DNA of 64,000 bases. Source: Eledone cirrhosa. Its lineage: Eukaryota. Where the stretch lies: positions 43,338,001 to 43,402,000 of the forward strand of contig OZ024748.1 of NCBI GenBank assembly GCA_964016885.1. The letters run 5' to 3'. The notes beneath the pieces were generated by a model. The model was not told the origin of the DNA. It searched no databases and saw only the letters and a list, made by a program, of their open reading frames with translations. Every line of letters starts with the position of its first letter. Within the stretch, counting starts at the first letter, position 1. Positions 1 through 13,560 of the stretch are shown piece by piece. The translations under genes and the position numbers were made by a program.

Positions 1-19
1 ACCAGTGTCAGGTAAATAA

Positions 20-210
20 TTATTTCTACTTTTGGCACAAGGCCAACAATTACCCCAGTGCATTACTGGTACTTTATTTCATTGACCCCCGTAAGGATGA
101 AAGGCTAAGCCAACCTCGGTGGAATTTGAACCTAGAACGTGAAGGACCATAACTCTATGCTGCCAAACATGGTGTCTGATGCTCTACCGATTCTGCCAAA
201 CTACTACCCT
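20..210 (-). mobile_element. tRNA-derived SINE (family A, Nin/Deu-like central domain)
   Basis: Shares gcctttcatccttacggggtc and the tail gtaattgctggccttgtgccaaaagtagaaa with copies at about 1195-1310(+), 13075-13270(-), 45020-45203(-), 49385-49455(-) and 51085-51175(+). Confidence 0.7.
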
Positions 211-611
211 GGTAAATATATATTAGTTAAAACCAGAGTCAGGTAAATAATATATTATATTAATTATAACCTGAGATAAGTAAATATACATTACATTAAT
301 AATGTTTAATAGGACCCTTCAGTTGTGTTAAGGACCTGACAGCCTCCCTCGTGTTGGTGATCAACATAACCTCCCTCATGTTGGTGAACTACATGATAAC
401 CTCCCTCGTGTTGGCGATCAACATGATAACCTCCTGCATGTTGGCGAACTACACAATAAAGACACCCAGTAACTGACAAATGATACTTCTGGTATCTGTA
501 AACAATAAAATGGGATTGTCACAACAATGTTTGTAACATTTCTTTCATTTAATGTCTATACATGTTCCCCACTAATATGAATTCATTTTTAATCATTGTA
601 AACAAGAGATA

Positions 612-1085
612 ATAGGCAGTGAATTGGCAGAATTGTTAGAACGTAGGATAGAATACTTTGTGGTATTGTTAGAACGTAGGATAGAATACTTTGTGGTATT
701 GTTAGAATGTAGGATAGAATACTTTGTGGCATTAGTTCCAACTCTCTGCTCTCTGAGTTTGAATCCTGTCGAGGTCAACTTTGCTTTTCCTCCTTTCAAG
801 ATCAATAAAAAAAAAGTACTAGTCAAATATTGGGGTTTATTCTTCCTCTACATATCTTTCTCACTTCCTCTCTATCTTTTGAGATTGATAAAAAAAAGTA
901 GCAGTCAAATACTGGGGTCAATTCTTCCTCTATATCTCTTTCTCACCCTCTCTATCCTTCTCTGGAAGAAATCTGCTGTATTCAGACACAGAGAGAAGAT
1001 GAGTTCCACCAGGTTTTAAAATGCCTTAGAAATGTTGTATACCACTAGAGCACCCCTACAACTCCATCGAAGTTATGGGACCATA
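612..1085 (+). mobile_element. tRNA-derived SINE (family C) with a 3x tandem duplication of about 39 bp in the head
   Basis: ggcagtgaattggcagaa A-box-like head, gagtttgaatcc B-box, gaggtcaactttgcttttc domain. Homologous copies at 39905-40240(-), 41595-41935(+) and 46020-46335(+). Confidence 0.7.
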
Positions 1086-2457
1086 GAAACAAACAAGAAA
1101 TGAAACGGTAACACCAGTGTTCGTCTTGAGTTCAAGTTACATATAGTATGGCTAACTGAATATTCATGGGACCTTGAGCTCTTGTTTAAAAAGGCATGGA
1201 TTGGCAGTATCAGTAGAGGGTTGGATGCCATGTTTTGCCATTCTGAGTTCAAAGTACCAGTAATGCACTGAGATAATTACTGGCCTTGTACCAAATGTAG
1301 AAACAATTATTTTGGATAATTGATGTTTGACACGAATACTGTACTGAAGATAGCAAGTTTGGCTTTTACGCCACCTCCTGAATGCTGAAGCTGGCATACT
1401 ACTGCACCAGCTCCTGCAATGGAAGCAAGAAAGTTAAAACAATATTTGCAGACTATTCATCATAAGGATGGTACCTACTTTATCAATCTCTTCTTCGTCG
1501 AACCACAAATTTATGGGACATAAATAAATTATAAATCTAAGTAAGGAAAAATTACAAAAAATTATTTTTAATGTCATTGGGAATGTTTTTAAAAAAATGC
1601 AACTGGATTCAGTAGTGTGGACACTATAAAATTGTTGAACAGTTCAGCTGACTTGTGACATGTAGTTGATAGCTCTTGTTATGTAGGTGACCAAATTATT
1701 GAGAGTGGGTGGAGGTAGCCAGACAAAGAACTGTTACTTCTATAGACAACAGGTTTCTCTCTATAGAGAAGTACACTGTATGACTCATGTGTAAGAAATA
1801 TGAAACATATATAGAGAGAAACAAATACAAAAAAAAAAAAATGGGCTAAGGGGAAGTAACTCAAATAGGCCTATGACAAGATCAAACAAATTAAAAACAA
1901 GAAAAGTATTTTAGAAAAACATTTACTTTTTACACCAAATATTAGTTGTATGTCTCTCACTCTATCTATATCTATATATTAATTTCAACAACGTCAGTAT
2001 TCCGTGTGTCATAATTCTCAATTATCATTGGTTCATAGGTTTCAAACGACTCCGCCCACCTCAACGACGCCAAACTTAAATTAATACGCATAATGCCAAT
2101 GAGGGAGTGAGAGGGGAGAGTAAGAAACAGAGAGGCAAAGTGAACGCTGTAACTATTACCATGTGTGCGTATGTTTTTACGTGGGCGTATGTTTATGTGT
2201 GCGTGCGAGCAGCGTTCCACAGAAAGTAAAAACTATCAACATGTGTGAGTGTCTGCGTGTGTAAGTTTGCGTGCGTGTGCGTTTCCATGAGTGTATGTGT
2301 GTGTACGTGGGGCGCCCCACAATCGCCACGCAGTTTATCTGTCTGTGCGCCTGTCTGTCAGTCTAACATACACAGAGCTGTGAAGGGAGTAAATAGGGAC
2401 CTTTACTTTACATTGACGGACATCTTTTATATTTATTATTGTGTCATTTTTTGACAA

Positions 2458-5400
2458 TTGCTCGAAATGAATACTGATAATAAAAGCAATTCGACTTTAT
2501 CAAACAGTGAACTACAGCGGCGACGGCGTGCAGCCAGGAATGAAGAAAAACAGGTCGAACAGCACCATCGGAACGCCAAACTTCAGAGGCGAAGACGTGT
2601 CGCCATGAATGAAGAGAAGCTGGCTGAACAACGCCAACGTAAGGCTGGAGCCAAGCAGCAACGCCGTGCTGCGATGGTTGAAGACAAACTGGCTCAACAT
2701 CATCAGCAGATGGCCAGAATTCAGCAGCAACGGCATGCTGCGATGGATGAAGAGGAGCTGGCTGAACAGCGCCAGCGCAATACAGAAGTTCAGAGAATGT
2801 GTCGCCAAAGTGCTCCTCATTCCAGTAAAGAGGCTAGAAGGCGAACGGATGATATTAAAAATGGATCATGGCAACCGTGTCATTTTCAGATTGGTGGACG
2901 AGCAGAGTGTCCACATTTTGGAGCATTGCTTTGGAGGCACGAAAAGACGTGGACCACAATGTGCTGTCATAAAGGAGCAGTTCAACTAGAACCCTTGCGA
3001 ATGCCGGATGATGAGGAGTCACCAGAGTTTAAAATACTAAGTATGTGGGGTGATCAAGGAAACCGAGGTAGACTACTGCGCAAATATTCGCGGCAAATTA
3101 ACAATTCATTAGCATTAGCATCGCAGAGAATTAGTGAGATGTTTGAGAGTGGAGCATGGCAACTGAATGTAATCATTCAAGGCCGTTTGTATCATTGTAT
3201 CGGTAATTTAGAAGTTATCCCAGGAGAGAGGCCTCGATTCGCTCAAATTTACGTTAACGATCCAGATTATAGTGAATCGGAGGAGGATATCAGGATCGGT
3301 TGGATGAAGTTGCCGGGAAATATAACTGAACTTGAACGGCAAAGGTTAAGTTATTTGATCCGTGATTTGCAATCATGGCTTAGACAGTGTAACCCTTATG
3401 TTATGGATTTCATATTGGTGGCTGAACTGCAAAATGTTCAGCAGCAAACATTGGTGATTAAGGCTGACGCAGTGCCAAGGAATCAACACGAACAGCGATA
3501 TAATGCCCCTGAAGGATTTCGTGAAGTTGCTGTGTTGATGGACGATAAGCCTGGATCGAGAGATATCGTCCTCAATCGCAGAGATGGTGGTCTCAAGACT
3601 ATCAATGAGTCAAATGGGGCATACGCTCCATTGCATTATGTTCTTTTATTCCCAAAAAGTGAAAATGGATGGAACATGTCTGTTCATTTAGATGATCATG
3701 AGAATCAGCATCAACAGGGAGGCGGCAATAGACACAATATTTCGATTCGCGACTTTTACGCATTCCATTTGAACGAGAGGAATCAACAGAGAAATGCGCT
3801 ATTTCAAGCCAGCAGATTGTTCCAGGAATACTGTTGTATAGCATTCGCAAAGATCGAAAATCAAAGGCTAAATTATATAGCTACACATCAGCAACATATC
3901 AGAGCTGAATTGTATAATAATATACAGGATGCGATAACAGCCAATGATGCCAATTACAAGCAAATTGGTCGACGCATCATTTTGCCATCATCGTTCATCG
4001 GCGGCCTGAGATATATGAACATTCGCTATTAGGATGCAACGGCTATTGTCAGAAAGTTTGGAAAGCCAGATTTGTTTATAACAGTTACATGCAATCCTGA
4101 ATAGACTGATATTAAGGATGCACTTTTGCCAGGACAACAGCCAAAGCACCGTCCTGATATTGTGGCAAGAGTATTCAAAGGATATCTGAAAAAGATAATG
4201 AATGATGTGGAAAAAGAGGGAATCTTTGGAGGTATAGTTGCTTTTACATACGTAATTGACTTCCAAAAAAGAGGATTGTCACATGCACATTTGCTGATCA
4301 TTTTACATAGAGATTGCAAATTGTGATGTGCTGAGGATGTCGACAGCATTGTGTGTGCTGAACTGCCGGAGAATAAGGCACTATGCAACTTGGTGGCAAA
4401 GTCAATGGTGCACAACCAATGCGGAGTGGCAAATCGGAAAGTGCCTTGCATGAAAAATGGCCAATGCAGTAAGCAATTTCCGAAATCTTTTGTCACGAAC
4501 ACTTCCTGGAACGATGGGGATGCTCATCCCTCATACAGAAGACGGTCGCCTGCCGATGGCGGTTTGGTCGAAAATGTAAACGGTCGACAGGTTACAAATC
4601 AATGGGTTGTGCCATACAATCCATATTTGATTATGAAATATCGTTGTCATATTAATGTGGAAATTTGTAGCTCAGTGAAAGCTTGCAAATATCTATTCAA
4701 ATATGTTTACAAAGGTCATGATGGGGCAATGATGAATGTCAGGAATGAGGAAGCGAACCAAGGAGATGAAGTTGGCAGGTTCCAGGATGTTCGCTCGATT
4801 GGATCTAGCGAAGCTTGCTGGAGATTGTTCGATTTTGATCTCAATGAACGCAAACCCAGCGTTCAGAAACTGACGGTTCACTTAGAGAATAGGCAAATGG
4901 TCTGTTTTAAGGACACTAGAAGATGTGTCAAAAGAATTGCTAACGCACCACCTCCTAAGACGGAATTGACTGAGTGGTTCAAGTATAATAGGGAACATGC
5001 TTTGAACCCGGATCAAAAGCAACTCTACTGCGATTTCCCTTTGCACTATACGTGGGATAAGAAGGGAAAGAAATAGAATAATAGAAAACAAAAGTTAAGA
5101 TTCATGACTATTGGATGGGTTTGTAATGTCCATCCAGCATCTGGTGATGTGTTTTATCTCCGAATTCTGTTGCATAATGATTTTTCGAGAGGTAAACAGA
5201 GCTTCGCTGATTTGAAAACAATCAATGGCATGGAATATGAAACATACCAGGCTGTGTGTCAGCATCTGGGACTCCTTCAAGATGATGCTGAATGGAATAA
5301 CGCCATGGAAGCTGCAGGAACAACACAGATGCCAGCTCAAATAAGGCAGTTGTTTGTCACGATTCTAGGATTCTGCAATCCTGCCGATCCAAGAGAGTTA

Positions 5401-7106
5401 TTTGAACGCCATTGGGGAATTATGGCTGATGATTTTAGGCATCATCTTCAGGTCGATGATGAAAATTTGATGAAAGCTATTGTTTTGCTCAATATTGAGC
5501 AACTGCTTGAAGTTCATTTCAAATGTTTAACAGATTTCAATTTGCCAATTCCTGATGAAGAAATGCGGCAACGTGTCTTAGCATTGAACATGAGATTGCA
5601 GCTTAGACGGTTGCCACTCGATCGGAGGGAACTATTCCAGTTTGATCCACTGGAACAGCAACGTATTGTGGATGAACGTATGCCAATGTTGACCCAATCT
5701 CAGAGAGAATTGGTCGATGGCGTTCCTCACTCGATTTCCACTAATGAGCAACTTTGTGCTTTCACAGATGCTCCAGGAGGCACCGGAAAGACATTCTGTT
5801 TCAACACTATGTTATCGGCAGTCAGAGCTCAGAGGAAGATTGCTCTCCCTGTGGCCACCAGTGGGATCGCTGCCACTTTGCTGAGTGGTGAAAGGACCTT
5901 CCACTCATGCTTCAAGGCTCCATTGGCTCCGGATAAGTTGAGTGTCTGTAACATTACAGGACAAAGTGAACTCGTGGGCCTTATACGCAATATGTCTCTG
6001 ATTATTTGGGACGAGGCTCCAATGGCACACAGATATTTGCTGGAGGCATTGGACAGAACTTTGAGAGATATCTGCGGTAGTGACCTGCCATTCGGTGGTA
6101 AGACTATCGTTCTTGGTGGCGATTTCAGACAGGTGCTACCAATTGTTTTGAATGCTCAAAGAGCGCAAATTGTCGATGCATGTCTGAAAAAGCCCCCATT
6201 GTGGCGCCATTTCAGAGTTTTGCGATTACACGATAATATGCGACTTCGTATGTTTGGGCAAAACGAAGAGGCTGAGACATACGGCCGATGGTTGATGCAG
6301 TTGGGAAACGATGAATTGCCACACGTTGGGGATAATCAGACTGTAAGAATCCCAGACCATTTGGTCATGCCACTGGACCGCCAAGCATTGATTGACTGGG
6401 TGTTCCCTAATTTGAATGCTTTTTGGCAGAATATCTCCTGGATATCGGAACGTGTTATTCTAACTCATATGAATGCAACGGTCGATGAAATAAATTCACA
6501 AGTAGCCGGAATGTTTCCTGGAGAGGAATGGTTGACCGTCAGTGCGGATGCAATGGAGCCTAATCAGCAGAACAATATGGATGTTCCGACTGAGTATCTG
6601 AATTCACTTCAAATACCCGGATTTCCCCCACATATTTTGAGGTTGAAAAAGGGTATGCCGATTATATTGCTTAGAAAATGGGTCTTTGCAATGGTACCAG
6701 ATTGATTGTTGAGAGATTGATTAATGGAAGAGTTTTAGAAGCTAAACTCCCAGGCAGAGAGGAATCGGTTCTCATTCCGAGGATCATGCTGAGACCAAGT
6801 GAAGATCTGCTGCCATTCATTTGGCAAAGGAGACAGTTTCCCGTCAATTTGGCCTTCTCCATGACTGTCAACAAGGCACAGGGACAGACTTTCAAGTGTG
6901 TCGGTGTCTACTTGAATGATCCAGCATTCAGCCATGGGCTGAATGTTGCTGCATCTCGAGTGTGCAATCCTGATGGTATAAAATTTGCAATTGATACCAC
7001 TAACAGAGGAACAACCCTGAATATTGTCTATAATGAAGCTGATGTATGCATATCATTAATGCTATCAATAAGCGACGTAAATGATTCGGACATTGGTGTC
7101 CTTTGA
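2458..7106 (+). pseudogene. Helitron Rep-Helicase (HUH endonuclease plus PIF1-like SF1 helicase), disrupted
   Basis: Rep motifs FITVTCNP, FQKRGLSHAHLLI, YLFKYVYKG. Helicase motifs DAPGGTGKT, IIWDEAPM, GGDFRQVLP, AFSMTVNKAQGQT. In-frame stops near 4030, 4102, 4324 and 5074; frameshift near 6677. Confidence 0.93.
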
Positions 7107-7408
7107 TCAGTATTGTGAGCTTTGACAGAATTATCATTTATGTTCAATGTCATTTAATGTCGTTATGAGCAATAAAAACAAACAAGCATTGGTAAAAATT
7201 GCTTTCACTGCTATGTTGCGCAATAAATACCAACAAGTATTGGTAGAAATTGCCTTCACTGCTATGAATATTCGACGTAAATGATTCAGACATTGGTGTC
7301 CTTTGATCAGTATTGTGAGCTTTGACAGAGTTATCATTTCTGTTCAATGTCATTTATTGTCGATAATGAGCAATAAAAACCAACAAGTATTGGTAGAAAT
7401 TGCCTTCA
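7079..7408 (+). repeat. About 200-bp-period tandem duplication in the Helitron 3' region
   Basis: taaatgattc.gacattggtgtcctttgatcagtattgtgagctttgacaga occurs at about 7079 and 7279, with internal ~55-bp sub-repeats. Confidence 0.8.
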
Positions 7409-8173
7409 AATTTATCGCTTCTGATTGCGGTGGTAATAAAACCTCATCATATGGCTGAGTCTGGCAAAAAGGTTGGATCCTATGGCCGGCCAGGGCTAGA
7501 GTAATATTGAAAAACAATTCTATTTTCGAAGTAGAAGGATCCGCCATTTGGAGTTCAAACCAAGCCACCTCCCCAAGTTAAACTCTGGGCAACATTGACT
7601 GTCTATTACTCAGTGGCTAAGAGCCTGGAAATTACTGAATAAATTTTTGTGTCATATAATTTGTTGTTTTATTATTATAGCTGACCACGTTATCCATATC
7701 CATATTAATTTGGCATTTGTATAAACCATTTCAAGTAAATAGGGACCTTTTTACATTGACGGACATCTTTTATATTAATTATCTACATCTATATCTACAT
7801 ATAATATAAAAGATTGGAACTTCCATCATCCTTTTGAGAAATGTGGAACAACCACGTCTATGCAATAATACACGTTTTACAGTCAGGCAGAAGATGAACC
7901 ATCTCCTAGAGGTCACTATTCTATGTGGGAGCACCTAGAATTGTTCATATACTATGCACAAACGGTACAACAAAGAATCTGGTATATCTGGAAGATTTTT
8001 TTTTACTGTCTTTTGTATCACACAGACACCACGGACTCGCCTCATACTATAACCAGACAGACATCCAATACAGTCATTTTCTCTTTTACCTGTCTTCTCT
8101 TATCATCTGTTTACCCGGGCGAAGCCGGGTACGTCAGCTAGTATGTATATATGTATATATGCATATATATATA

Positions 8174-9039
8174 CAGGGTGCGGACGACATCTGTTCGCAA
8201 TTTTCAACTGCTAATTTTATGCAAATTTTTTTTACTTCCGATGTCACTCTTGCCTTCATAAAGACAGTGACTATATTTCCATTATTTATTTTCTGAATAA
8301 TTGATTATCAATAATTTTGAACCTCCAAATTTGTGAAAGAGACACAGAGTTCTTCTTGGAATCCGCACTGGGAGGACAAATAAGGAAATTTCAGACTTTC
8401 TCAGTGTCAGCAGGAGAATGGTGTCTCATCCAAAGACGTGCCCAGAGTCATGCAGACAAAGTTTCCAGTGACAACATTGGTCTTAGGTGTCGTCAGCAGT
8501 CAAGGCGATGTCATGCCACCTCACTTCTTCCCTGAGGCCTCAAGCTGAACACTGATGGCTACATCCGGGTTCTGGGCGAGGTAGTAAAGCCCTGGATCAA
8601 CCAGGTAGCTGCAGGTATGCCGTACGTGTGGAAGCAAGACTCAGCGCCCTGCCATACCAGCCGAAAGACCCAAGCCTGGCTGTCAGAGAACTTCATCGAC
8701 CACACTTCACCTGACATCTGGCCTCCCAGCTCGCCTGACTGCAACCCCTTCGACTTCTTTGTGTGGGGCGCAGTGGAACGAGACACCAACAGATCTAGCT
8801 GCAATACAAAAGACTATCTGAAGGCCAGGATCACAAGTGCCTTTAGGGGCCTAAGTTGGGGGACAGTGACGAAGGCCTGTAGCCGGTTCCGAGGCCGTCA
8901 TCAAAGCCAATGGCGGGTTTATCAAGTGAGATCGAAAGAACAAGTCATGAAGACAAACTGACCCAAATTTGATAAATAAATCTTAAAAAATTAAACTACT
9001 GTGACAGTAATCTTGCGAAGAGATATCGTCCGCACCCTG
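8174..9039 (+). mobile_element. Internally deleted Tc1/mariner element, DD37D (maT) type
   Basis: TIRs cagggtgcggacga.atct...tcgtccgcaccctg with TA flanks. Transposase C-terminus QDSAPCH...WPPSSPDCNPFD has 37 residues between the 2nd and 3rd D. Confidence 0.88.
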
Positions 9040-9086
9040 TATGTATATATATATATATATTCATGGGGAGATGCAAAGTGAGTATA

Positions 9087-10395
9087 TCATCATCATCATT
9101 TTACGTCCGCTTTTCCCTGCTTGCAATGGTTGGATTGGTCCTATTCAGCATCTCTCCACTTGTCACGGTCCTTCGTCATCTCCACCGTGAGTTTCAGCGA
9201 TCTGAGGTCTGCTCTCACCACCTCCGCCCATGTTTTTCGAGGTTTACCTCTACTGCGTCTTCCCTCAACTGGGACTTCCTGGCACTTCTTCACCCATCAG
9301 TCATCTTCCATGCGCATCACATGTCCATACCATCTCAGCCTTCTCTCCTGCACACCACAACTTATGCCTCTGATACCTAGTTTCTTTCTCAACTCGTCTA
9401 TGCTTGGTTGTTCACGCACATTGACATTGCACATCAAACGGATCATGCTTGCTTCATTTCTCTCCAGCCGTCGCATATCTTCTGCAGTTGCTGCCCATGT
9501 CTCACTACCATGCAGCATCGCGCATCTCACACAGGCATCATATAACTGTCCTTTCGTATGCAGGGAGAAACCCTTCTTTGTCAACAGAGGAAGCAGCTCC
9601 CTAAACTTCTTCCAACCCATCCTTATTCTAGATACTATGGCCTCGGAACACCCCCCTCCCATGCTAATCTGATCACCTAGGTACCGGAAGCTATCAACCA
9701 CTTCTATAGAACCCACCTGCATTGGAAAAATGAGTCTATCACAGTGATGACTACTGCCAACTTTCCCTGTACATCTACTGCATACGTAGTTTTCCCTACC
9801 TGTTAGTTTGCCTACTATCCCACTACATCTCTTGTGTACCCAAAATCTGCATTGCGTACATTTTATGGAATTTATGCCAGTTCCTTTCCTACATATCGAA
9901 CATGGCCATTTTTCTGATGGAATCAGAGTATTGTCCTCTCTTCTACTTATCAACACTTTTGTTTTAGCTATGTTCACTTTCAGGCCTCTTGATTCCAACT
10001 GCTGTTTCCATAGCCAGAATTTATTCTCTACCTCCTTTGCTGATTCTGCTATAAGAACCAGATCATCAACATCGAGAAGTTCCCATGGGCATCCAGTCTT
10101 AAACTCCTCTGTTATGGCTTGGAGGACTATAATGAACAAGAGTGGGCTGAGGACAGATCCCTGATGTACTCCTACTTGTATCTGGAATTCCTCACTAAAC
10201 TCCATTCCTACCCTGACTTTACTGAGAGTACCTCTGTACAAAGTTTGCACTGTCCTCACAAGCCATTCCTCAACACCTAGTTTCCTTAGGGACCACCAGA
10301 TGACAGATCGGGGTACACTATCAAAGGCCTTCTCTAGGTCAACATAAGCTAAGGATAGTGGCTTATTCTTCTCTAAGAACCTCTCTTGTAGTTGC
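9087..10395 (-). mobile_element. RTE-clade LINE, 5'-truncated
   Basis: RT motifs DLEKAFD, GVHQGSVLSPLLF, (Y)VDD, FRYLG, RRLRWYGHV, and a (gat)n tail at about 9087-9100. Confidence 0.9.
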
Positions 10396-10671
10396 CTTAC
10401 TATATATATATCTATAAATATATGTGCATGTGTGTGTGTCTGTCTCAGTGTGTGTCTATGTGTGTGTGTTTGTGTATGTCAGTGTATGTGTCGGTATATA
10501 TGTGTATGTCAATGTATGTGTCGGTATATATGTGTATGTCAATGTATGTGTCTATAGTCAGTGTGTATATATGACAGCTGTCTCTAATACAGAAACAATG
10601 ACAATATTAAACATTAGTGAAGCTAACAATTATATACATGTTAGTATTTGTTTTATTCTTTTACTAGTTTA

Positions 10672-11555
10672 AGAGTGTGGCCATACTGGAGCACTGCTTT
10701 AAACAGTCCTAGTCTGTCATACACCAAAAGACTGTGGCCATACTGGGGCACTGCTTTAAACAGTCCTAGTCTGTCATACACCACAAGACTGTGGCCATAC
10801 TGGAGCACTGCTTTAAACAGTCCTAGTCTGTCATACACCATAAGAGTGTGGCCATACTGGGGCACTGCTTTAAACAGTCCTAGTCTGTCATACACCACAA
10901 GACTGTGGCCATACTGGGGAACTGCTTTAAACAGTCCTAGTCTGTCATACACCATAAGACTGTGGCCATACTGGGGCACTGCTTTAAACAGTCCTAGTCT
11001 GTCATACACCATAAGACTGGCCATACTGGGGCACTGCTTTAAACAGTCCTAGTCTGACATACACTGTGGCCATACTGGGGCACTGCTTTAAACAGTCCTA
11101 GTCTGTCATACACTGTGGCCATACTGGGGCACTGCTTTAAACAGTCCTAGTCTGACATACACTGTGGCCATACTGGGGCACTGCTTTAGACAGTCCTAGT
11201 CTGTCATACACTGTGGCCATACTGGGGCACTGCTTTAAACAGTCCTAGTCTGTCATACACCATAAAACTGTGGCCATACAGGGACATTGCTTTAAACAGT
11301 CCTAGCCAGTCATATTTACACCATAAGACTGTGGCCATACTGGGGCACTGCTTTAAACAGTCCTAGTCTGTCATACACCATAAGACTGTTGCCATACTGG
11401 AGCACTGTTTTAAACAGTCCTAGTCTTGTCATATTTACACCATAAAACTGTGGCCATACTGGAGCACTGTTTTAAACTGTCCTAGTCTGTCATACACCAT
11501 AAGACTGGCCATACTGGGGCACTGCTTTAAACAGTCCTAGTCTGCCATATTTACA
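10672..11555. repeat. 57-bp (some 49-bp) minisatellite, about 16 copies
   Basis: Unit gactgtggccatactggggcactgctttaaacagtcctagtctgtcatacaccataa in head-to-tail order, no spacers. Confidence 0.95.
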
Positions 11556-11674
11556 CTGATACTTATTTTATTGATTTCATTTTGTCAAACCACAAATATA
11601 AACAAATGATAGATGTAAGCACACACACACACACACATATATATATACACACACACACATGCATTGATTAAAGA

Positions 11675-11920
11675 AGGCTCATGGCTTAGTGGTTAGAAAG
11701 TTGGATTCGCAATCGTGGGGTTGTGAGTTCAATTCTCAGACCAGGTGATGCATTGTGTCCTTGAGCAAGACAATTTATTTCACATTGCTCCTTCTGCCAG
11801 AAGTTATGACTGGTAGATAGTATAAGCAATGGAAAGACCAATGCAAACAGTGTTTCTTTGGTCCGATTTAACGAGGTCCACCCCACTCGGCAAGCAAATG
11901 AGGTCCGGGAACTTGTCAAG
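11675..11920 (+). mobile_element. tRNA-derived SINE fragment (family B, CORE-like domain)
   Basis: tggcttagtggttag A-box, gagttcaattct B-box, tgtgtccttgagcaagaca domain. Confidence 0.65.
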
Positions 11921-13284
11921 CGATCACATATATATAATATAAATAGATGGTCTGTGGCTTAGTAGTTAAAGTGTTGAGTTCACAGCCATGTCTACACCAA
12001 TGTGTGAAATGAACTCTTTAACCACACAGTCATTGTAAAATTGAGCAGTATTAGAGTAAAGACTTTAATTCTCAATATGATGCAGTTGTAGTGTGGTTTT
12101 TGTACTTTTCAAGAATGTCTTGCTAATGTCGTTTGTTAATACAAATATCCAAAGTATCTTTATTTGTATATAAATCATCGTAAAAAAAAAGAAGCCAAAA
12201 TTTGCAGTATTAGCATAAAGACTTTAATATTTAATGTGACGCAGTCTCAGAGCTATTTTAATGCTTTTCAAAAATGTTTTAATGCAGTTTTATGCAATAT
12301 AGGACGTTAAGTGTTGAAATAGTTAAACTATTGGCAACATTTCAAATGTTGCCAACATTAAGAGACCAGAGCTGCCAAAAAGTACTTGAAAATAACCATC
12401 GCTCATTTGAGATATTTTACTTCATCTACCATTATGTTTTTTGTGTGATTCAAAAGAACAGCCATTAAACAGTATTCACTGTATAATGGATGTTTCCAGA
12501 AAGGTTAATACAAAACAAACACAATAATTATGCCATCTAAAATATATGGATTTTTTTCTTACTCATTAACTTATTAAATATATCTTGGTTAATTATTCCT
12601 AAATTTAGTTATTTTAATTTTATGGAGATCAATAGCAGGCTTTATTGCCTGTAGACAAATCCATTGATTTTTATATTTCTGTAGAGATCAATGGGGGCAT
12701 TTATTGACTGTATACAAATCCACTGACTTTTATATTTCTGTAGAGATCAATAGAATTTATTGACTGTATACAAACAAAGAATTGGGATGACCCTTCAGGT
12801 GTGTCAAGGACATGGCACCCTCTCTAGTGCTGGTTATCTACATAATAAATACACCCAGCATACACTGTAAGGTGGTTGGTGATAGGAAGGGCATCCAGCC
12901 ATAGAAACCAAGCCAGAAACAGTTCCGTATGAGTAAGACACGGTCACCTGACACAACTTGCCTCAAATGGGACATGTCTAACCCATGCTAGTGTGGAAAA
13001 TGGACGTTAAACGATGATGATGATGATGATGGTGGTGATGATATACAACAACAATAAATAATAATAAAAATAATAATAATTGTTTCTACTTTTGGCACAA
13101 GGCCAGCAATTACCCAGTGCATTACTGGTACTTTATTTTATCGACCCCGTAAGGATGAAAGGCAAAGTTAACCTCGGCTGGATTTGAACTCAGATCATAA
13201 AGGGAGGTAACTCTATGCTTCAAAGCATGGCGGCCGACCCTCTACCGATACTGCCAATCCACCGCCTTAAAAATAATCATAATA

Positions 13285-13560
13285 AAAAGGATTTGGGACT
13301 GTCATGAAATCAAGGTCATCTCGATTGTCATGGGAGCACTAGGTACTATCTCAAAGAGTTTTCAAGGATGGTTAAAGAAAATTAGTCCAGCCCCTATTTT
13401 TGGAACACTTCAAAAGACGTACTTGCTGGGAACAGCAAGAACCGTCTGATACGTCTTGAATATCTGAGGCTGCAGATAATGGCTTGATGTTCATTTGAAC
13501 AAACTTTCCAGTTAAATAACATCAATGACTGAGACTCCAAGAATATTAAATAAATAACAT
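13285..13560 (+). mobile_element. R4/Dong-clade non-LTR retrotransposon 3' fragment
   Basis: Hand translation KRIWDCHEIKVISIVMGALGTISK...LQKTYLLGTARTV*YVLNI* resembles the REL-endonuclease C-terminus of R4/Dong elements. Flanked by TAA-rich sequence. Confidence 0.7.

Larger units (their letters stand above)
1971..8141 (+). mobile_element. Helitron 1 (near full length, defective Rep-Helicase)
   Basis: A|TC 5' end at 1971. The 3' hairpin tacccgggcgaagccgggta is followed by CTAG|T at 8138-8142. Rep-Hel coding region inside. Confidence 0.9.

Noticed and set aside
2458-4032. Standalone 524-aa host gene or captured gene
   Set aside because: It is the N-terminal part of the Helitron Rep-Hel, ended by a premature stop; the coiled-coil repeats are element-encoded.
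10672-11555. CRISPR-like appearance of the regular arrays (also 18559-19134, 27790-28480, 42626-43670)
   Set aside because: Head-to-tail units without unique spacers, no cas genes, eukaryotic context.
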